DNA from: Planctomycetota bacterium
GTDB lineage: Bacteria; Planctomycetota; B15-G4; JADJEK01
Direction of reading: 5' to 3'
Length of the DNA: 64,000 bases
Assembly: GCA_044225365.1 (NCBI GenBank)
Contig: JBGAIQ010000028.1
Coordinates: forward strand, 1,703 to 65,702
The notes beneath the pieces are model-generated. The model saw only the letters and a list, made by a program, of their open reading frames with translations, searched no databases and had not been told where the DNA came from. Below are positions 8,884 through 17,075 of the stretch, in pieces. A program made the position numbers and the translations under genes. Each line of letters starts with the position of its first letter. The first letter of the stretch is position 1.

Positions 8884-11800
8884 GGATCGCGTTCGCCGTA
8901 CTCGGCGGCGCGCTCGTCGTGACGACCGGATCGACCTTCGCGGCGAATACCGCCGAGGCCGACCTCGAGATCTATCGCGCGCTCACGGCCGCTTTGTCGC
9001 GCGCCGAGTTCGGTGCCGTCGACCCGCTCGTCGACGCCCTCACCGGGCCCCGCCACGACGAGAGCATCGCGAAGAAGGCCGAGTACCTGCGACATGCCGC
9101 GCGATTCCTCGAAGGTAGCGAAGGGCCGCCCGCGCAGAGCGGGGTCGTGGCGAGCGCGGGTGCGCTCCAGTTGTCGCTCGCGAACGATCTCGCGTTCGCC
9201 GCGACGACGACGGCATCCCGCGGAATGCACCCGATCCTCTTCGGCCATCCTGCGCCGTTCACGAGCCGCGTGACCTTGCGCGTCGACGACGAGGACCTCG
9301 CGATCTCACCTCGCGCTGTGCTCGGATCCGGTCCCGGGGTGGTGCAGGGGCGTGCGACCGAGCGCGACGTCGAAGTCGTCCTCACCGTCGCGGGCGGTGG
9401 CGCGCCCAGCTGGCATCCCGCAGCCGATGTGCCGTTCGTGCGGATCCAATGCGTCGTGACGAATCGCGGCGCGTCGCCCCGGAAGATCGGCGCCCGACTG
9501 CTCCTCGACCTCTGCGACGGTTTCGACGACGCGCCGGCATTGCACCAAGGCGACGCGCCCACCCTATCCGTGGCGACCGACTACGTCGGTGATGCAGTTC
9601 CGCGGCGACTGTCGTTCGGCCCGCTCTCGGTCGTGATGCGCGGCATCGGCGCACCCGCTCCGGAGCGTGCGCTCGTGGTTCCTCTCCGCCTCGCCCTCGA
9701 CAAGCCGTTCGACTTCGCGCTCGACCAGGACGTGCCGCTCGGCGGCGATTCCGCGCTGCTGCTCTACGCGGACCCGCGAGTGCTCGCGCCCGGAGAATCG
9801 CGGGTCCTCGAAGCCCATATCGGCGGCGACGCGGACGACCTGGACCGTGAGCAACCCCTGCGCAGCGCGCTCTTCACCGAGCCCGTCGCCGGCGATCCGC
9901 TCGCGACACGGGTCGTGCTCGCGATGGAGGCCGGCGCGAAGGGAACCTTGGGCGAGGTCGATGGCGTGCGGGTGACTCCGCGGATCGCGGCAGGGCTACG
10001 TGTGCTTTCTTCTGCAAAGGACTTTGCCCGAATCGGAAGCGTGGCGCGCGGCATGCCGCTCCAGCGTTCGCTCGTCGTACGTCCGGACCAGACGCGCGGC
10101 GGCGCCCTCGAAGTCGCGTTCGACATCGACGGCAGGTTCGGGACGAAGACCCTCTCCCGGCGCGTCGCGACGGCGATCGGGGTTCCGAGTGCCGTTCACG
10201 TCGCGGGCCGCATCGTCGACCTACGTGGTCGCGCGGTGCCGAACTGCGAGATCGTCCTGAAGCAGGCGGGTCGCGACGTCGCGCGCGGCGTGAGCGATGG
10301 GGCGGGGAACTATCGATTCGACGGGCTCGCACCCGGTGAGTACGAGGTCGCCGCGAAGAAGCTCGTCTTCGAACAGCCGGCGGTGAAGGCCGCGCACGAG
10401 GACGTCGATGGTCTCATGTACGACGTCTTCCTGCTCTCGGAGACGATCGACGACGCCGGCCATCCCGTGCTGCCGAAGGTGACTCCCGGCGACGGGCGCG
10501 ACGTGCTCCTCGCCCGGTCGCTCACGCGGTACTGTCTCCTCGTCGGCGTCGAGTGGGACGCGCCGCGCGAATACCTCGAAGGGCTCGCGCGAGGGATGCG
10601 CCGAGCGGCCGAATTCCTGTACGCGGCGTCGGACGGTCAGTTCACGTTCGGCCGGGTCGCGATCCACGATTGCGGCCGCGACTGGATGTCGATCGATCTG
10701 TGGGATTGGGCGAACAACTCCGTGCATCCCAATGCCACGGTCGCCGGGATCCATGAGCGCTTCGATCCGGTCTACCATCCGTGGAACACCGGCATCAATT
10801 TCGGCCGGCAGTGGGCGGGGGCGTGGGATCAGCTCGGCCTCTTCTCGACCGTGTGCCACGAATTCGGGCACTACGGATTCGGACTCTACGACGAGTACCT
10901 CGGCGCGCCGCAGGGCGTCGAGCGCGGGCTGTCGTATCCCGAGATGTGTCGCTGCATCATGGGGTACCAATATTCCGATCACAAGATCTGCTTCGCCAAG
11001 AACCACCGCGCCTACACGAACCAGGGGATGTGGAACGGGCGCAGTTGCTGGGAGCAGCTGAAAGCGAATCACGAGGGCGACCGCAACGGCTTCTACGTGC
11101 CGATCACGACGCCGGCCGAACGCGGCGGAGTCACGCCGCCTCCCGTGGCGAATCACATCGGCGACGAGTTGAAGATCGTCGTTCGCGACGACTCGACCGC
11201 AGGCCATGACGCCCGTCTCGAAGTCGTCGGGCCGTTCGGGCGCGCTCCTCCCGGCATCCCGGTGTACACCGAGATGGTGCACGAGGCGCGAACGGTGTAC
11301 ATGGGCATCACACTCGGAGACGGTGCGCTGACGCTGATGGGAATCCATCCGGGCGACAAGGTGTTCGCGACCTTCAACGGTGCGCGCGCAGAGCTCGTTC
11401 TCGACGAACGGAAGATCCAACCCTTCTCGCTCGAGTTCGGCAGCGAGCCGCGCGAGGGGCGCCGTCCGCCCCTCTCGACCTTCGTGCCCGATGAGGCCCG
11501 CGGCGCGTTTGCCGGCGGCGCACTCGAGATCGAAGACCGCGATGAGAAGGGCAGGCCCCGGAGCAAGCCCGCCGTGACGCGCCTCGACGCGACCCATAAG
11601 CAGCTTCCCGTCATCGCGATCGACGAGACGGCGGGGCGGTTTGTCGCGCAGGCCGACGCAGCATCCTTCGCCGGCGGGCGCGGCGCGTTCGAGATCGTGT
11701 CGAGCGATGCGATCGGCGGCGACGTCACGACCTTGGTCGACGTGACGATCGGCCGCTCCGCCCTCGCAGCCTTCGATGGTTCGCTCGAGGTGCACTCCGA

Positions 11801-12164
11801 TCCGAGTGGTCAGAACAAGGACGCGATCCTCGCGGTGGCGAGCGCCGCCGGTCCACCCTGGGTCGAAGCCCTGGGTGAGGGCGGATCCGCCGCGCCCACG
11901 GGAACGGGTTCGACGGTCGAGTCGATCGGCCGGATCCACGCGATCGCGTCCGGCCGCGCCCTCGGAACACCCGTCGAGGTCGTCGTTCGTCCGCTCGGAA
12001 ACGAACTCGTCGCTGGGGCCATCCCCGAACTGCGCATCCTCGACCCTTCGAGCGGTCGATTCGTTCCTCCGCCGCCGACTCTCGGCGTCGTGGTGGAGCC
12101 GAACGGAGACCGCCATTTCGTTTCGAACCTGCCCCTGACGGTGGCCTGGTTCGTTCGCCGCTGA
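8859..12164 (+). CDS. large secreted zinc metalloprotease-like protein (HEFGH motif, carboxypeptidase-regulatory-like beta-sandwich)
   Basis: ATG 8859 overlaps the upstream gene by 25 nt. N-terminus is signal-like (LRIAFAVLGGALVVTTGSTFA). GRIVDLRGRAVPNCEIVLKQAG...GNYRFDGLAPGEYEV resembles CarboxypepD_reg. HEFGHYGFGLYDEY (nt 10857-10898) resembles the M6/InhA-type HExxH...DEY motif. Confidence 0.7.
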   Translation: MGPTQPVLRIAFAVLGGALVVTTGSTFAANTAEADLEIYRALTAALSRAEFGAVDPLVDALTGPRHDESIAKKAEYLRHAARFLEGSEGPPAQSGVVASAGALQLSLANDLAFAATTTASRGMHPILFGHPAPFTSRVTLRVDDEDLAISPRAVLGSGPGVVQGRATERDVEVVLTVAGGGAPSWHPAADVPFVRIQCVVTNRGASPRKIGARLLLDLCDGFDDAPALHQGDAPTLSVATDYVGDAVPRRLSFGPLSVVMRGIGAPAPERALVVPLRLALDKPFDFALDQDVPLGGDSALLLYADPRVLAPGESRVLEAHIGGDADDLDREQPLRSALFTEPVAGDPLATRVVLAMEAGAKGTLGEVDGVRVTPRIAAGLRVLSSAKDFARIGSVARGMPLQRSLVVRPDQTRGGALEVAFDIDGRFGTKTLSRRVATAIGVPSAVHVAGRIVDLRGRAVPNCEIVLKQAGRDVARGVSDGAGNYRFDGLAPGEYEVAAKKLVFEQPAVKAAHEDVDGLMYDVFLLSETIDDAGHPVLPKVTPGDGRDVLLARSLTRYCLLVGVEWDAPREYLEGLARGMRRAAEFLYAASDGQFTFGRVAIHDCGRDWMSIDLWDWANNSVHPNATVAGIHERFDPVYHPWNTGINFGRQWAGAWDQLGLFSTVCHEFGHYGFGLYDEYLGAPQGVERGLSYPEMCRCIMGYQYSDHKICFAKNHRAYTNQGMWNGRSCWEQLKANHEGDRNGFYVPITTPAERGGVTPPPVANHIGDELKIVVRDDSTAGHDARLEVVGPFGRAPPGIPVYTEMVHEARTVYMGITLGDGALTLMGIHPGDKVFATFNGARAELVLDERKIQPFSLEFGSEPREGRRPPLSTFVPDEARGAFAGGALEIEDRDEKGRPRSKPAVTRLDATHKQLPVIAIDETAGRFVAQADAASFAGGRGAFEIVSSDAIGGDVTTLVDVTIGRSALAAFDGSLEVHSDPSGQNKDAILAVASAAGPPWVEALGEGGSAAPTGTGSTVESIGRIHAIASGRALGTPVEVVVRPLGNELVAGAIPELRILDPSSGRFVPPPPTLGVVVEPNGDRHFVSNLPLTVAWFVRR

Positions 12165-12283
12165 CTTGCGACAGTCCCTTGTCCGACAGTGCTTTTTGGC
12201 ATACACTTGGCGGTCGCCTAGATCCCGACTCTCTCCCCGAGTCGCGATGCCAACGTAGTCTCTCCCAAACAGGAAACCCGAGC

Positions 12284-14155
12284 ATGAAGCGACCGATCTT
12301 CGGCGCAGCGACACTCGTCGCATTTGCGTCCGTGCCCGCTCTCGCGCAGCAGTTCGTCTACAACGCCGCCGCGCTCCCCGCCCAGACCGTCTGGACCAAT
12401 GGCATCGAACTCGCCGATGTCGACGGCGACGGCGACATCGATGCGATCTGCGCCAATGGTAGCTCCTACGGCGCGGGCGGCTCTCAACCGCAGCATCTCT
12501 TCCTGAACAACGGCACGGGCACGTTCACGGCCGCGCATGCCCAGCTCAACGTCGCGAACTTCAACGCGCAGATGGTCATCGCCGAGGACTTCGACAACGA
12601 CGGCGACAAGGACCTCATGTACGCGCCGTCCGGTCCGTACCCGTCGCCCACGGCCCTGCCGAAGATGCTCATCAACAACGGGCTCGGCGTGTTCAACGAC
12701 CAGTCGGCGACGCGCCTCCCGGCGATCCCGATGTCGGCGTTCTGCGTGTGCGCGGGTGATATCGACAACGACGGCGACCTCGACGTCGTCTTCACCGACG
12801 GCGCGAGCAGCCTGAACGGCACCGCGGCGCAGTCGCACCTCTACCTGAACAACGGTAGCGGCTTCTTCACCGACGCCACGGCGACGAACCTCCCCTCGGT
12901 CATCTACAACTGCCAGGACGTCACGCTCGGCGACTGGGACGCGGACTTCGACATCGACATCATCCTCACGGGCAAGGGCGGCGGAAGCCGACTCCTCGTC
13001 AATGACGGCACGGGTCATTTCACGCTGAACACCGTGCTGAACAGCTCGGGTACCAGCCTGACGTACGAAGGCGATCCGGCCGACCTCGATGGCGACGGCG
13101 ACCTCGATATCGCCATGCAGTCGATCTCCGGCTTGAACGAGGGCTGGGTACGCAACAACGGCGCGACCGTGACGAACGTCACGTTCAGCGGCACGAACGG
13201 CGCCGATGACAACGAGATGGCGGCGTTCGACTACGACAACGATGGCGACCTCGACGTGATGGTCGCGTCGCTCGCGTTCTCGAGCGAGAAGGCCTACAAC
13301 AACAATGGCAACGTGTTCACGTTCGCCAACATCTTCCAGGCCCAGACCGACTCCTCGCTCGACTTCGGTTTCGCCGACCTGAACGGCGACAAGAAGTACG
13401 ACATGTACACCGCGCAGGGCGAGTCGGGCAACTTCACCGACAAGGTGTACTTCAACAATGGCCCGGCCGACACGATCAAGCCGACGATCCAGGCGACCAA
13501 TTCGCCGGTCTCGATCGGCGCCGGCGGCACGGTGTTCAAGGCGCGCGTTCGCGACGCGATCGTCGACGACGGACACATCAACGCGACCGCGCGACTCGTC
13601 TACGCGACGAACGACGGAGCGGGCGGCGTGTCCGGAGTGGCGACGGCGATCAATCAGGGCTGCGGTCTGTTCCGCGCCGCGGCTCCTTCGAGCGGCGCGA
13701 CGACGGCCGTTTCCTCGGCCTGGGTCGTCACCGATTCGGCCAAGAACACGTCGGTGACCGCCACCTCGCAGATCGGCGGCGCGAATGGTTGGGCGACGCA
13801 GACGGCGGGCAAGACGGGCGCGAACGGCGTTCCGGCGCTCGTCGGTGCGGGCGACAACTCGGCGAACTCCGCTGGCGTCATCGGCTTGTTCTCGGCGCGC
13901 GGCAATACGACGGCGATCCTGATGATCGGCACGTCGCCCGGTAACGTCGCCCTCTTCGGAGGCACGTTGCTGCCGTTCCCGATCGTCGCCCAGGTCGCGC
14001 TCACGACGAACGCGAACGGGGACGTCGTCCTTCCGTACGTGTTCCCGGCGGGCGTGCCGGCCGGCGTCAACATCTACCTCCAGTACGTGATCCAGGACGC
14101 GGCGGCGACCCAGTCGGTGTCGTTCAGCAACGGCCTCGTGCTCACCACGAAGTGA
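12284..14155 (+). CDS. secreted FG-GAP/VCBS repeat protein
   Basis: Internal ATG 12284 begins MKRPIFGAATLVAFASVPALAQQ. Repeated Ca-binding-like DxDxDGDxD loops are present (DVDGDGDIDAI, DFDNDGDKDLM, DIDNDGDLDVV, DLDGDGDLDIA, DYDNDGDLDVM). Confidence 0.8.
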   Translation: MKRPIFGAATLVAFASVPALAQQFVYNAAALPAQTVWTNGIELADVDGDGDIDAICANGSSYGAGGSQPQHLFLNNGTGTFTAAHAQLNVANFNAQMVIAEDFDNDGDKDLMYAPSGPYPSPTALPKMLINNGLGVFNDQSATRLPAIPMSAFCVCAGDIDNDGDLDVVFTDGASSLNGTAAQSHLYLNNGSGFFTDATATNLPSVIYNCQDVTLGDWDADFDIDIILTGKGGGSRLLVNDGTGHFTLNTVLNSSGTSLTYEGDPADLDGDGDLDIAMQSISGLNEGWVRNNGATVTNVTFSGTNGADDNEMAAFDYDNDGDLDVMVASLAFSSEKAYNNNGNVFTFANIFQAQTDSSLDFGFADLNGDKKYDMYTAQGESGNFTDKVYFNNGPADTIKPTIQATNSPVSIGAGGTVFKARVRDAIVDDGHINATARLVYATNDGAGGVSGVATAINQGCGLFRAAAPSSGATTAVSSAWVVTDSAKNTSVTATSQIGGANGWATQTAGKTGANGVPALVGAGDNSANSAGVIGLFSARGNTTAILMIGTSPGNVALFGGTLLPFPIVAQVALTTNANGDVVLPYVFPAGVPAGVNIYLQYVIQDAAATQSVSFSNGLVLTTK

Positions 14156-14227
14156 GACCGGCTCGGGGCTCGCCCCGAGGAGAACGGTCCCGCGGCCCCC
14201 GTCGATCGTCCGGATGTGAATCCGGGC

Positions 14228-14249
14228 GCGACGGGGGTCGCTCGTTTTT
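14228..14249 (+). terminator. candidate intrinsic terminator downstream of the FG-GAP gene
   Basis: GCGAC-GGGG-GTCGC stem-loop followed by TCG-TTTTT. A second perfect 8-bp hairpin (CTCGGGGC-TC-GCCCCGAG) lies at 14162-14179. Confidence 0.4.
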
Positions 14250-14328
14250 CGAGGCTCCGTTTCGCGACGAGACGCGCTTGCCGGCTGCGGCCTCCGAGCG
14301 GATGCGAGGGTGGGATCCGAGCGCGGCC

Positions 14329-14356
14329 TTGACGCCACGCCACGCCGAGCGATAAT
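14329..14356 (+). promoter_or_regulatory. sigma70-like promoter candidate for the first CHRD gene
   Basis: TTGACG (14329-14334), 16-nt spacer, GATAAT (14351-14356), about 165 nt upstream of ATG 14522. Pattern match only. Confidence 0.3.
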
Positions 14357-14521
14357 TCCCAGGGTCAGGATCTCGTCCGCGCGAATCCGGCCAAGTGCGC
14401 GGACATGTTCGAACCTCCCTACTCGACCTCGGGCGGCCTTGGCGCGGCAAAGCGCGAGGTTCGCGTTCGCCCGACCCTGACCGTGACCCGAATCCACTTG
14501 GAACCCCGACAGGAAGTACCC

Positions 14522-15652
14522 ATGAAGAAGTTCTTGTTCTGTTCTGCGCTGTTCGCCGCGATCGTGGCGACGGCGTCCGCTCAGACCCAATTCGTTGCGG
14601 TCATCGAGGCTGGTCAAGAAGTGCCGCCGACGCCGTCGACGCAAACCGGTCTCGGCTCGTTCACGCTCGATCCGTTCACCAAGGTGCTGAGCTACAACAT
14701 CACGATCACGGGCCTCACGGGCTCGTTCGCCGGCGCGCACATCCACCAGGGTGCGGTCGGCGCCAACGGCGGGATCCTGTTCAATCTGTCCGGCGGACCG
14801 ACGACCTACGTGGGCTCGACGGTGGCCCTCAATCCGGCGCAGGAGAACCTGCTCAAGACCAACGGACTCTACGTCAACTTCCACAGCTCGAGTTTCGGCG
14901 GCGGTGAGATCCGCGGCCAGATCAACGCGGCGCAGGACCAGTTCATGGTCGCGATGACGGCGGCGAAGGAAGTGCCGCCCTCGGGCACCGGCGCAACGGG
15001 CTCGGGCACGCTGACGCTCAACGCGTCCAATCAGATCGTGTACGACATCAATTTCAGCGGAATCTCGGGTGCGTTCTCGGCCGCGCACATCCACGACGGC
15101 GCGACGGGCGTGAACGGCGGCGTCGTCTTCCCGCTGACGCTCGCCGGCCCCGGTCATCTCCAGGGCACCACGGCGGCGCTCTCGGCGACGCAGCGCGCGA
15201 AGTTCCGCGCCGGACTGCTCTACGTCAACGTCCACAGCGCCGGTTTCCCGAATGGCGAGATCCGCGGGCAGACCACGTCGGCGTTCCTCAACTACGGCAC
15301 GGGCTGTCCGCACGCCGGCGGTGTGGCGACGCTCGCCGGTGGAGGTGTCCCGACGCAGGGCGGCACGGTGACGATCGCGATCAACAACGCGCCCTCGGCC
15401 GGGAGCTTCGGCATCCTGTTCGTCAGCATCGCGTCGTTCAACGGATCGATCGGATTCGGTTGCCCGCTCTACGTGAATCCGGCGGTGCTGATCCCGATCA
15501 CGCTCCCGCTGCCCGGTTCGAGCATCTCGTTCCCCTCGGTTCTCCCGACGCCGATCACCTCGGGCACGGCGGTGAACATCCAGTACGTCGGCGACAAGGG
15601 CGGCGGAGTTCCCTACGACACGAACGGTCTCCAGATGCTGATCACGAACTGA
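14522..15652 (+). CDS. secreted protein with two CHRD domains plus a C-terminal module
   Basis: Internal ATG 14522 begins MKKFLFCSALFAAIVATASAQ. There are two CHRD-like units (EVPP...G.G...L.Y.I...G....AHIH.G..G.NGG......LYVN.HS..F..GEIRGQ). Confidence 0.85.
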   Translation: MKKFLFCSALFAAIVATASAQTQFVAVIEAGQEVPPTPSTQTGLGSFTLDPFTKVLSYNITITGLTGSFAGAHIHQGAVGANGGILFNLSGGPTTYVGSTVALNPAQENLLKTNGLYVNFHSSSFGGGEIRGQINAAQDQFMVAMTAAKEVPPSGTGATGSGTLTLNASNQIVYDINFSGISGAFSAAHIHDGATGVNGGVVFPLTLAGPGHLQGTTAALSATQRAKFRAGLLYVNVHSAGFPNGEIRGQTTSAFLNYGTGCPHAGGVATLAGGGVPTQGGTVTIAINNAPSAGSFGILFVSIASFNGSIGFGCPLYVNPAVLIPITLPLPGSSISFPSVLPTPITSGTAVNIQYVGDKGGGVPYDTNGLQMLITN

Positions 15653-15695
15653 GCGACGACTTCCCATCGTGAACGTCGCGAGGCGATCATGATTG

Positions 15696-15745
15696 CGCGC
15701 GCCGCGGTTTCCCGATCCTTCGGAGGCCGCGGCGCGCGTCGTTTC
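15696..15745 (+). terminator. candidate terminator hairpin after the first CHRD gene
   Basis: Perfect 12-bp GC stem: CGCGCGCCGCGG (15696-15707) pairs with CCGCGGCGCGCG (15727-15738) across a 19-nt loop, followed by TCGTTTC. The T tract is short. Confidence 0.4.
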
Positions 15746-15777
15746 GAGTCCGACTGCCGTTTCGGAAGGTGACGCTG

Positions 15778-16923
15778 ATGCTTCGATCGACTCTGCTCCT
15801 CGCCGCTTGCCTTGCCCTTCTCGGCCTGCAGCCGGCTTCCGCGCAGACCGCCTTCGCGGTGGTGCTCGATGGATCGCAGGAACAGCCGCCGAGCGCCACG
15901 TCGCAGAACGGCTCGGGATCGTTGCTCTTCGATCCGTTCACCAAGATGCTGAGCTACCAGTTCGCGATCAGCGGCGTCACTGGCACCTTCGTTTCCGCGA
16001 CCCTGGAGGACGCTCCCCTCGCCACGGTCGGCCCGATCGTGGCCACGCTCAGCGGCAACGGAAACAGTTTCTCCGGAGTCGTCGGCCCGCTCTCGGCAAC
16101 GCTCGAGAGCGAACTGCTCGCGAGCTCGCTCTACATCAACGTCCGCAGTTCTGCGTTCGCGAACGGTGAGATCCGCGGACAGATCGCGCCGGCGCGCGAC
16201 CGGTACGCCGTGATCTGCTCCGCCGCGAACGAGTCGCCGCCCACGCCGAGCACCGGCATCGCGAGTGGCACGCTCACGCTGACCGCGACGAATCAGTTGA
16301 TCTACGACATCACGTATTCGGGACTCATCAGTCCCTACACGATCTCGCACATCCACAACGCGCCTCCCGGCACGAACGGCGGCATCGTCTTCTTCCTGCA
16401 ACAGACATCGCCCGGCCACATCCAAGGCATCACGACGCCCGTCGCCACGAAAGGCCTGCCGTTCCTGCGCTGCGGCCGCTTCTACATCAACATCCACAGC
16501 GCGCTGTTCCAGTCGGGCGAGATTCGCGGACAGATCCTGCCCACGTTCCTCGGATACGGAGCCGGATGCGCGGCTTCCGGAAGCAGCGGCATCGCACCCA
16601 CGCTGAGCGGCGACGGAATCGCCACGCCGGGCGGCACGATCACGATCGCGATCGGCGGCGGCGTCGCGAATTCGTTCGGGCTGCTGTTCGTCGGGATCGC
16701 GGGATACGCGGGCAGCATCGGCTACGGTTGCCCATGGCTCGTTCATCCGGCCGTGCTGTTCCCGGTGCCGCTCGCGCTGCCCGCGGGCGGCGCGCTCTCG
16801 CTACCCGCCGACCTGCCCACGACGACGCCCCTCGGGGTGGCCGTGAACCTGCAGTACATCGGTGATCAGGGCGGGGGAGTGCCGTACGGGACGAACGGGT
16901 TGCAGATGATCGTCGTCGGGTAG
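15778..16923 (+). CDS. secreted protein with two CHRD domains plus a C-terminal module (tandem paralogue)
   Basis: ATG 15778 lies 8 nt after GGAAGG (GTG 15769 is also possible) and begins MLRSTLLLAACLALLGLQPASAQ. Same architecture as 14522..15652. Confidence 0.85.
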   Translation: MLRSTLLLAACLALLGLQPASAQTAFAVVLDGSQEQPPSATSQNGSGSLLFDPFTKMLSYQFAISGVTGTFVSATLEDAPLATVGPIVATLSGNGNSFSGVVGPLSATLESELLASSLYINVRSSAFANGEIRGQIAPARDRYAVICSAANESPPTPSTGIASGTLTLTATNQLIYDITYSGLISPYTISHIHNAPPGTNGGIVFFLQQTSPGHIQGITTPVATKGLPFLRCGRFYINIHSALFQSGEIRGQILPTFLGYGAGCAASGSSGIAPTLSGDGIATPGGTITIAIGGGVANSFGLLFVGIAGYAGSIGYGCPWLVHPAVLFPVPLALPAGGALSLPADLPTTTPLGVAVNLQYIGDQGGGVPYGTNGLQMIVVG

Positions 16924-16934
16924 GGAGAGGGAAT

Positions 16935-17047
16935 TCGTACGTCGGTCTCGGTCTCGGTCTCGTACGTCGTAAGTCGGTCTCGGTCTCGGTCTCGTCCGTC
17001 GTACGTCGTACGTCGGGCTCGGACTCGGACGCCGGGCTCGGACGCGG
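16935..17047. repeat. intergenic low-complexity tandem repeats (TCGGTC, GTACGTC, GGGCTCGGAC units)
   Basis: GTCGGTCTCGGTCTCGGTCTCGT occurs at 16941-16963 and again at 16973-16995. It is flanked by GTACGTC repeats and GGGCTCGGAC repeats. Located between convergent genes. Confidence 0.85.
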
Positions 17048-17075
17048 GCGAGGGATTTGGGCGCGCCGAGGCGCG

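Noticed and set aside
12218-15667. 1149-aa minus-strand ORF spanning the FG-GAP and CHRD genes
   Set aside because: It is a shadow ORF antisense to three well-supported plus-strand genes. Its product is Arg/Asp/Gly-rich low complexity with no motifs. The same reasoning applies to 2027..4084, 4112..5458, 5970..7580, 10221..12323, 27517..29316, 32246..34354, 35902..37173, 37481..39211, 42009..43535 and 53804..55288.
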